NCBI GenBank assembly: GCA_010093745.1
Contig: MU005981.1
Location: forward strand, 186,001 to 240,221
DNA: 54,221 bases
Source of the DNA: Piedraia hortae CBS 480.64
Taxonomy: Eukaryota
Direction: 5' to 3'
In this document: piece by piece, positions 45,025 through 54,221 of the stretch
Numbering within the stretch: the stretch's first letter is position 1
Layout of the letters: each line of letters opens with the position of its first letter
Made by a program: the position numbers and the translations under genes
Notes under the pieces: generated by a model
Told to the model about the DNA's origin: nothing
Databases searched by the model: none
What the model saw: only the letters and a program-made list of their open reading frames with translations

Positions 45025-48000
45025 CTACTTTGCGGGAGCCTGTCGACTCTTGCGTTCACGACGGAAACATCCAAATTCACCCTTTGTACTTTCCCTCAAT
45101 CGCTTGAGGACGCCTTTCATCTCCGGCAGCTCACCTTGTAGTCGCCTTCGGGCGTCTGCAGGTGTCCTCTCGTCCAGACAGATGTAGATCTGGCCTTGGA
45201 TTTCGGTTACACGCTCGTTGTTGAAGTTGTTGAGCGTTTGGGCGATGAATTCAACGTCTAATGTTGCCTGCATCAGGGATGATAGGGTAAGGCCCGGTGG
45301 CTGCCGCGTGTTGAAGGCGGTGAGCAAAGCTGTCGAAACTTGTTCGAGCAAGTGTGAGATGATCATCTGGGTCAGCCCCGGGGCCGTGGTAGAGACTTCG
45401 GAGTGGACCAAGACTAGACCCAACAGGACGTCATAGACGTAGGGACGCACATCGCTGGGTTTGAGGTCTTCTCGTGGCGTCCAGGTCGGGGAGTGCACGC
45501 CCTGAATGATGATGGCAGCAAGACGCTCTGATATTGGCTTGGCATATGCCTGAAACTCGCGAGACTCGATCTGCGACAGGACGTCGCGGATGGTCTTGTT
45601 CTCGTCTGTCAGCTTTACAGAGAAAGAAGATTCGAACACTGAGATCAATTTGGGGATGATATCAGAGCGCAGGTAGGCAAGGTTGGATAGCACCACTAGA
45701 GCACGAATGTTCTGTGAATAATCAGTGGAAGCCTTCAGATGATACGACTGCACTCACGACGTTGCTAGAGTCTACCGTCATCTCGAGCCCATCCACCCCA
45801 TCCGAGGTGGTCTTTGTCTGAGAGGCAGCTGTAATGCCATCAGGATCCTGCCCTTCTGGTCGATCCTTTTTCGACTTTTCGGCGTTTTCCACCATGCCGC
45901 CCAAAGTCTTGTACAGACTAGTGACAAAGCAGCTTCTGATGCCTTGCAAAACCTTGGTAGAAGGAGGTACGATTACGTTATAACTCGCATTTGCACTGGC
46001 ATCGGAGACATAGGCCAGCTTTTGGGCATTGGCTAAGACGTTCTCTTGATATTTCATAAAAGCATCGGGCATGGTGGTTACGTCCCGTCGGTTCGGTGAC
46101 CGCTGCCACATCTCCAGACCTCGACATCTCTCTCCCGCATCAGCTGTCCATGCTATGATGAGAGCAGCTACACAGCGTTCTCGCACAGTGGCGACGAGCG
46201 AACGAAGGCTTTCAGCCGATTCTGGCGTGTTCTGCACGACAGAAAGGCCGGACAAATTACCTGCACCTGTGCCAATGAGCGTCAAAGTCTTTGCAAGATA
46301 GTGAGATCCGGATAATGCGTTAGAGTATGGAGGCCAAAAGGCAAACGCTTCCCACTGCTCGCCCTTTTTGGGACTTTTGAGCGAGGGATTTTCCGCGTGC
46401 AGCGTCAGAGTTCGCTTCAACCGTCCGTTGGCATTCGGCTCACCAGGACCATACAAGTCTTTGAGATCCTCAGCTGGTTTCTCACAAAATATCTTGTGGA
46501 TGCCATTTCTCAATTGGTGGACAAGCTCCAGTGTGCCCATCTTTAGCTTGTCAGCATCCCCAGCGTTTAGAGTCAGGTGTTCAGAGTCGGACGCAAAATT
46601 GGAAGCAAGGAAAGACTTTTGAGCTCTTCCATCGATAAAAGAGCTTGCCAACTCCCAAAAGTCCTTGACCTCACCCAGCAAGCCGTCACGAGTGCTGAAC
46701 ATGGACTGCAAAGCAGCATCAAGCTTCTCCCAGAATTTGATAACAGCAGGAGCATCTGCATCCCTCCCTAGATTCATAGACCGTGTTTGAGAATTCTTGC
46801 TGAGATACCGCGCCAAGCTTGAGGGATCGGGACGATTGTCCATAGCCAAGGAACGCCGGAGAACCTCCATCTCCACACGAGTTTGCTCAAGGATCTGCTC
46901 TATGCGCTCTTTGAGAAAGCAATATCGACTGTGTAGCCATTCCCAGATGGGATTCTCATCATCAGCCAACATCAGCAAAGCACTGATCAGCTCCATGTAT
47001 TCTTCACGGTGAGCTTCATCTGACAATGCCGCAGACTTTTTCCCATGGGAGTGTTTGAGTTGCTGCCGTATATGACGTTTGAAGGCATTGATCTGGGCAG
47101 AGACATCATGCCACATCTTGGCAGTTACGAGAATTTCCTGCACCTCGGAATCGGTGAGGGTGTTTCCTCCAGCCTTGGCGTTCTCCGATATGCTCTGCGC
47201 ACGAGCAGCGTACGACTGGGCAGACTTCCACAATCGGGCAACGCCTTCGTAGTTCTTAGCCTTGACGGCTTCCGACACATCACTAGGAAGTCTGAATATT
47301 TCTCGGTACTGCTCCAACGCGCCTAGAGCTTGTGCCGCCGTTTCACCTCTCTCTTTTCCACCCAAAACTTGACCCCATACATCACCAGATTGGATGATAA
47401 TTTCCTGGAGGGGTGCTCTAATGCCCAGAACGCCATATTCCGACTCCTTGGTCAGGGCATTCTTCCGCTTGTCAGCAACACCGTTGGGAGCACCGGCAGC
47501 AAACACCCCAGCCCCGCTCATGTTGCGGAAATGGGAGTGCGTTTTGCTGGTGTGTCTAATGTGCGACCTCCTATTGCCAACATGACTACCGCCTCCCAGC
47601 TGCGGTGTGGTGGTGGTGGATGCATCTGGCGCCCCCTGGTTCCTCATTTCGGTATATACATGATCGATTGTCGTCTTTGCTTTTACAAATCTTTCAAAGT
47701 TGCTCTCCACCAGGACCTTGAGGCTGGCACTCTTCTGCGCAATGCTTCGGGAGAGAAAATCCAGACCGCGCAGGAGTTCTTCGGACGAATCGTCTCTATG
47801 CACTTGGGCGAGATAGAGAGCCGGAGAGAAACTGGTGCTGCTGAGCATAAAGCGGTTGCACAGTCTGAGATCGTCCTCCACAGCCAGCCCCCTTCGCCTC
47901 AGTTCCGAGGCCACCGAGGGCACAAATCCCAGCGCATCCGGCTCGTCCTTGTGTACAGCATTTGGCGACACCTGTTCGCTTACGGGCCTCACGGTAGCGG

Positions 48001-48151
48001 CCGCCGGGATAGTGTCGTTATCCTCCCCTTCTTCGTCTTCGTCTTCGTCGCCAAACTCGGCTTCTTCCTGTCCGGGCCACGCCTCGGGGTATATGGTGCT
48101 GATGCCGTAATGGTTAAGCAATCGACGCTCCTGGTCGGCCGACACAGGCAT
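45025..48151 (-). CDS. SEC5: Exocyst subunit Sec5; exons 48151-45758 and 45711-45025
   Basis: STSFSPALYLAQVH, LKVLVESNFERFVKAK, QATLDVEFIAQTL; intron 45712-45757 (GTGAGT...CTGAT...CAG) in frame. Confidence 0.92.
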
Positions 48152-48400
48152 GGCGCTGGGAGCTGGACTTCGAGTCGCGACAGCCGTCAACGACACGGAT
48201 AGATCCGTCAGGCCAGATGGGTCTTCAAGGTTGGCGCTAAGCCGGGCGCCTTCTTTCTGCCTGAGGTGTCAATCAGCTCAGCGGCCCGGCGGGGCGCTTT
48301 CCCTAATTAGGGTGGCTGCCTGGGGCATCAACTACCTACGCAAAAGAAAGACAAAAGGGCCCGTGGACCAGCTCTACCACCGTCTTCCGCCTCAGTCACA

Positions 48401-49531
48401 ATGCTCGCCAGTCGCTGTTTGGTGCGACAGCCGGCGCCACGCGCCATCCGAACACCGTTTGTGCGGACATTTGCCGCCCCCGCAAACAATAAGGTAGCAA
48501 AGTTCTTTGGAGAGAAGCAGAGCAACGGCAAGTACACGGTGTCGCTCATCGAGGGCGATGGTATCGGACCCGAAATCTCGCAGTCAGTCAAGGACATCTT
48601 CAGCGCGGCCAATGTGCCAATCGCGTGGGAGGCAATCGACGTGACGCCCGTCTTTAAGGACGGCAAGCAGGTGATTCCAGACGCGGCCATCGACTCGATT
48701 ACACGCAACAAGGTCGCTCTGAAGGGGCCGCTGGCGACACCCGTGGGTAAAGGTCACGTGTCTCTCAACCTCACGCTGCGCCGTACCTTCAACCTCTTTG
48801 CCAACGTGCGGCCATGTAAGAGCATCCAAGGCTATAAGACGCCCTATGACAACGTCGACACGGTCCTCATCCGTGAGAACACCGAGGGCGAATACAGCGG
48901 CATCGAGCACAATGTTATTGACGGTGTAGTGCAGTCTATCAAACTTATCACGCGTGAAGCGTCTGAGCGTGTGCTGCGGTTTGCCTTTCAATACGCGCAG
49001 GAGGTCGGCAAGCCCAAGGTACGCGTTGTGCACAAGGCCACCATCATGAAAATGTCCGACGGTCTCTTCCTCGGCACAGCGCGCGAGATTGCAAAGGACT
49101 TCCCGCAGGTCGAGTTTGACTCGGAGCTACTGGACAATACTTGTCTCAAGATGGTGACGGATCCAACCCCCTACAACGACAAGGTTTTGGTCATGCCCAA
49201 TCTCTACGGCGACATCTTGTCTGACATGTGCGCCGGACTTATTGGCGGTCTTGGCCTTACGCCGTCGGGCAACATTGGTGATAACTGCTCAATCTTCGAG
49301 GCTGTTCACGGTTCAGCACCTGATATCGCTGGCAAAGGCCTTGCAAACCCCACAGCTCTCCTTCTTTCGTCTATAATGATGTTGCAGCACATGGGCCTAC
49401 ATGAACAAGCCAACAACATTCAGCGAGCCATCTTCCAGACTCTGGCAGACGGCACCACCATCACGGGCGACTTGGGCGGAAGGGCAAAGACGCACGAGTA
49501 TGCCGAAGCCGTAATCAAAAACCTCAAGTAG
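48401..49531 (+). CDS. IDH2: NAD-dependent isocitrate dehydrogenase subunit 2, mitochondrial
   Basis: Presequence, [48 protein letters not shown]. Confidence 0.95.
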   Translation: MLASRCLVRQPAPRAIRTPFVRTFAAPANNKVAKFFGEKQSNGKYTVSLIEGDGIGPEISQSVKDIFSAANVPIAWEAIDVTPVFKDGKQVIPDAAIDSITRNKVALKGPLATPVGKGHVSLNLTLRRTFNLFANVRPCKSIQGYKTPYDNVDTVLIRENTEGEYSGIEHNVIDGVVQSIKLITREASERVLRFAFQYAQEVGKPKVRVVHKATIMKMSDGLFLGTAREIAKDFPQVEFDSELLDNTCLKMVTDPTPYNDKVLVMPNLYGDILSDMCAGLIGGLGLTPSGNIGDNCSIFEAVHGSAPDIAGKGLANPTALLLSSIMMLQHMGLHEQANNIQRAIFQTLADGTTITGDLGGRAKTHEYAEAVIKNLK

Positions 49532-49862
49532 TCTTTGGACTGATAGGCCATGTATATCATTTACACTGCAGCAGCCACTGATGCACTTGACAGCTTTTAA
49601 AACATGGTTATTTGGTGCCATTTGACATGTTGAATGAATGGCTGTAAAATGTGAAGCTGAAAGCTGCCTATCCAAGCCCTCCCCAATCACAGGCAGTCGA
49701 TGGCTGCTTATCGAAGTAGCCATGGCAACACGAACGGGGTGGCTGGATGGAGCAAAACGAACGGTGCGGGGAAGCGCTAAAGATTATTGAATGAGATAAC
49801 ACCAGCCATGCATCATCTCAGGCACAAGACGCGGTCCCCTGGAAATCTTTCTGATCACCGTC

Positions 49863-51622
49863 ATGATAATTCTCCATCTTTGTGCGTTATTGAGCCTCGG
49901 AGCTGCACAATTTGTGCCTCCTCCCACTGACTTAATCCACACCAAAGGACATAAGTATGATGTTCGATACAAGCAGGTTACAAACGGAACCTGTGAGCTT
50001 ACTCCCGGTGTAAAGTCGTTTTCTGGTTACGTTGATATTGCTCCCGAACAGCACATGTTTTGGTGGTTCTTCGAAACAAGACATGGAAACCCACGAGACG
50101 CTCCGTTGACCATTTGGATCAATGGTGGCCCGGGCAGTTCTTCGATGATAGGACTCTTCCAAGAGCTGGGCCCATGTCGGATTGATGTTAACGGAGAAGT
50201 CTACAATAATCCTTATTCCTGGAAGTAAGTTATTTTTCAGTCATATAGACCTACTTTGTTAATACAGTCTCAAGCAATGAATCCAACATCTTGTTCATCG
50301 ACCACCCCGCCCAGGTGGGATTCTCATACTCTGTACCCGTGCCCGCGTACCAGTCTGAAGCAGGGAGCATTGTCTCTCTGCCCAACGCAACCTGTCCCTC
50401 CTGGGCCGACGGATGTGGAACGTACTCCTACCCCAACCTAACCGATACCGTCAACTCGACCCTAGCCGGTGCCGTAACCATGTGGGAGACCCTCCAAGGC
50501 TTCTTCGGGGCCTTCCCGCAATACACCCGCGAGGAAGTCATCCTCGCCACGGAGAGCTACGGCGGGCACTACGGCCCCGTCTTCAATGACTATCTCGTCC
50601 AACAAAACACCAAAATCAAATCCGGCAAGCTCCCGGGGGCGCAAATCATCAACCTTCGCGCCGTCCTCATCGGCAACGGTTGGTACGACCCTCTCATCAA
50701 CTACCAAGCCTACTACAACTTCACCGTCAATCCCGGGAACACATACGACTACTTCCCCTTCAACAAGTCCATAGAACAACAAATGTTCAACGCCCTCTAC
50801 GGCAAAGGCAACTGTCGCGACATGACGGCCGACTGCTACGCCACGGGGACCGACGAAGTCTGTTCCGCAGCGGACACCTTTTGCGCAAACGAAGTCGAAT
50901 CCCTCCTCGACAACATCGGCCGAGACGAATACGATATTCGATACCTAACCCCCCACCCCTTCCCCCACTCTTTCTTTACCGACTACCTCAACAAACCCAA
51001 AGTTCAGAACGCAATCGGCGCGTTTGTAAACTACTCTGAGTCTTCAAATACGGTGTATACTGCCTTCCAATCCACGGGTGACGATGACCGTGAAGACGGA
51101 ACCATCGAAGCCGTCCGCCGTCTTGTTGCCCAGGGGATCTACGTCGTCCAATATTACGGCGATGCGGACTATAACTGTAACTGGCTCGGCGGACAGGTTG
51201 TTGCGGATAAAATCGCCGCCCCCGGCTATATGAATTCCGGATTCGTCAATTTTACCGATTCAACTCATACGGTGTACGGTCAGGTCCGACAAAGCGCCAA
51301 CTATGCTTTTGTGAGGATCTACTATGCGGGCCATATGGCCCCGTTTTATCAGCCGGTTATTGCGCTTGAGATGCTGAAGAGGGCGATTGGGGGTAGGGAT
51401 ATTGCTACGGGGAGAGAGAGAGTTCACAAGGGGAGACATTATTGTACGGTTGGGCCAAAGGAGAGTACGTTTAGAGAGGGCATTGAGACAGTTACGTTTG
51501 AGGTGCTGCCTGAGGGGGCGACATATAATTTTACGACACATAGGCCGAATGCTGCAGGGAATGGGACGGCGGGAAATGGGAGGAGGTGGATGGGGAAGAG
51601 GGGGCCGGTGAGATTGGGTTGA
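49863..51622 (+). CDS. Secreted serine carboxypeptidase (peptidase S10); exons 49863-50224 and 50275-51622
   Basis: Signal peptide, WINGGPGSSS, TESYGGHY, GDADYNCN, AGHMAP; intron 50225-50274 restores WNNESNILFIDHP. Confidence 0.93.
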
Positions 51623-52389
51623 GGGTGGAGGGGAGGTAGTTGGATTCTATGGAGGTGTCTGCTCAATGGCTAGGTCGTGACGATGGGATTACTTCAAATC
51701 GTGAGGGTAGGGTCGAAGAGCCTCCAAGAGACATGCTAGCGATGAGAGTGAGGCGTGCTGTCTCACGACTGCCCATGTATCAGCAATTGAGCCAATGTCA
51801 AATCACCATCGCGGTGCCTTGATGGCATCATTCCATGCCCTGTAGGTCCAGTGCAGCCACTAGCCGAGAGGCGAGCGCTGCCTCAATCTGTCGTACAGTC
51901 CCTTGGTCGAGGTTCGGCTACCCTGGCCTGGGATTGTCTGTTCTCCGACGTTTGTTTGCCGGGCTGGGCTCTTCTTATGGCGTAAAAGTAACCTCATGGG
52001 GTTTGCATACAAGGCATCAAGTCGGGTGTTATCTCCCAAGGCTGTTTTGACGCATCGAATGCATCGAAAACTACAGCTCTTTCTGTTTACATAGCTTTTT
52101 CATTCAATTCATCTCTTCGCTCATTTATTGGGCTGTGATCTTATGTTATTAGCCAATCAAAGTCAAGGTGGCTGGTATGGCGGTTATGATATAATAGTAT
52201 ATAGCACAAGGCGGGCTATGCATGCACCAAGCCCCACGGCGTTCCCCGGCCTCAACACAAGGCTGGCGGTAATGGACGAGGAAGTTCATTAATATCAGCC
52301 ATGCCCGTCGTCTTGGCATATAGCACTTGCTACCACATCACCTATGTCTTTCGATCATACCAAAAACAAGTACTTATTCAACTTTCCAC

Positions 52390-53129
52390 ATGCCCGGATC
52401 CAGCAAGGCGGTTACTCACCACTGCCCCATGAGGGACAGTGGTAATGGAAAATGTATTAAAGGCCAAACTCCTATGGGTCGACCGTATTGCAAAAAACAC
52501 CAATACTACTGCCCGGAGCACACTACCTGGACATTTCTGAAAACTGAATCCTGCCCTAAGTGTAAGTGATGAAGAAGACAGATAGTATGTATGAGTGAGA
52601 ACGATGGATGGAAAGTAGAGATNNNNNNNNNNNNNNNNNNNNNNNNNNNNNNNNNNNNNNNNNNNNNNNNNNNNNNNNNNNNNNNNNNNNNNNNNNNNNN
52701 NNNNNNNNNNNNNNNNNNNNNNNNNNNNNNNNNNNNNNNNNNNNNNNNNNNNNNNNNNNNNNNNNNNNNNNNNNNNNNNNNNNNNNNNNNNNNNNNNNNN
52801 NNNNNNNNNNNNNNNNNNNNNNNNNNNNNNNNNNNNNNNNNNAACAGTAGCAGGGCGCATTCACCATGTCGCATGCGACATGACCCTGAGGGAAACCTCT
52901 GTGAGGACAAAACCTAGGGTGCAGCTGCTGGTGTAAGAGGTGTCGCGCAGTAGCATCGTACACTGATAGCAACGAGACTTCATGCCAACAAGTGAATGAG
53001 TGGGAGCCTTCGATTCCCAAACAAGCTTCACATGCTAACATATTATTCATAGGCCTCAGGGCCGAACGAATCGCCGACAAACAACGCGCCGCCGAAGAAC
53101 GCGCTGCCAAAGAACGTACCAAGAGATAA
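52390..53129 (+). CDS. Small Cys/His-rich protein with charged helical tail (~82 aa); exons 52390-52561 and 53053-53129
   Basis: MPGSSK...HHC...C...YCKKHQYYCPEH...CPK spliced (GTAAGT at 52562; GCTAAC...TAG at 53052) to CLRAERIADKQRAAEERAAKERTKR*. Confidence 0.65.
52570..52990 (-). mobile_element. LTR copy (same family as 25873-26242) inside an intron, spanning the N gap
   Basis: Reverse complement matches 25873-26020 (8 differences in 148 nt) and 26194-26242; TSD AGTGA at 52565-52569 and 52991-52995. Confidence 0.88.
52623..52842. other. Assembly gap (220 N)
   Basis: Run of N. Confidence 0.99.
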
Positions 53130-53750
53130 GTGGAAGCGATTTTTTTATCTAGTCTCGCGAATTTGACAGAAGCTATAATTTGTCTGCTTCTACTCCACTC
53201 TGTTTTCTATCTTTCCATAGCCAGTCACCTCGGACGTCATTCTGACTTTGAAGAATTTCAGCGGGAATACTCGAGAACGCCATTGCGATGTCAAAATCCA
53301 GGACGTCATTGGGAGGTGTCCGATTGATGTGATTACCACGTCAATATCACTCTTGCACGACTTCACTCATCCATGCGCCAATGTAAGTTGGAAATATTCC
53401 ATTGGCCTTGAATGATCATTAGCTCAGCTTGCTGAGCTAAATTTAAATTCAACTACGGAACACCCTCAGCTTACCCCGCATGTAGCAGCCTGCAATACGA
53501 GGCGGTGGCATAATGTCGATCCTTATTTTTGTCGCTAATAGATTAGTTGTTTTCTTGTATATAGTTCCGCCCGCCGGCAGTCGAGTTGTCTTTCTTTCAT
53601 TGCTGTTTCCTGTCCACACCAGTAATATGCAATTTAGTTCTTCTCCTTAACTATCAAGCACATGGTCATGGAGAAATAATGCAAGGTTTTCTTCGCTTAC
53701 AAAGCGACCATCAGTTAATTGCTCATCGCCACAGAACTTCTACTACGTTA

Positions 53751-54221
53751 GGTTAGAACTTCTGTGAGACGGTAAACCCTCTCATATACAGCCAGGTCGC
53801 AACTGCGAGCTTAGATGGAGGTCGATGCTTCTCAAGGTTTTTACCTTACAGAGGATGTTTTCCCTGGGACGTGGTCACGTCACATAATGGTGATCTTGGC
53901 GAATGCGATTCTGTTGTGAATATGCGGTATATTACGCGCATTATTAGTAACCGTCGCTCGGCTCTCGACTTCACGCGTCAACTAGTTTTCCGTAGAGATT
54001 TGTATGCAGGTACACATCTGCTCACAATTATAATAGGTTATGAGCCCGGGCTCTACCGCTAACAAGCGCTATTCAAATTGAGTCTCGAAGCGAAAGCGGA
54101 GCTTCCAGAGACCATGAGCTACGAAAGAAAAAGAGCTGTCATTCTCAAGGCTGGAACGCCATTCGAGGCATGGAACGCTGACTTGCAGGGCGCTCTGAGC
54201 CTGGCAACAGACAAGACCTTG
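53751..54221 (+). mobile_element. 5' end of a Ty1/copia retrotransposon: LTR (~53751-54035), PBS, gag start at 54114; truncated by window end
   Basis: Copia-type PBS GGTTATGAGCCC at 54036-54047, then ORF MSYERKRAVILKAGTPFEAWNADLQGAL; LTR left boundary uncertain. Confidence 0.7.

Noticed and set aside
52378..53122. ORFs containing X runs
   Set aside because: Artefacts of the N gap.

Overview
Eukaryotic DNA from a compact-genome filamentous ascomycete (Pezizomycotina; Dothideomycete-like is my guess), with introns of mostly 44-100 nt bearing GTRAGT donors and CTRAC branch sites. Conserved genes lie at both ends: YVC1, LSB6, a SNF2/RING helicase and SWI3/RSC8 on the left; OSH4-like, SPO7, tRNA-Gly, RRN5, an RBR ligase, CAT2, MDH1, a D-2-hydroxyacid dehydrogenase, SEC5, IDH2 and an S10 carboxypeptidase on the right. 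Between them is a ~15 kb accessory island (11.2-26.3 kb). It holds a scrambled Helitron Rep/PIF1 relic interleaved with copia and LINE fragments, two degenerate tandem-repeat families (one a ~16-unit array hit by three small LTR-like insertions), several solo LTRs with target-site duplications, a pseudogene and an orphan ORF. A piggyBac relic lies at ~40.1-41.8 kb and a Ty1/copia element starts at the right edge. Gene models the ORF track misses: a frameshifted BYS1-like secreted protein, the mitochondrial-targeting exon of CAT2, and a small Cys/His-rich gene whose intron carries an LTR across the assembly gap. All calls rest on motif recognition by eye; no searches were run.
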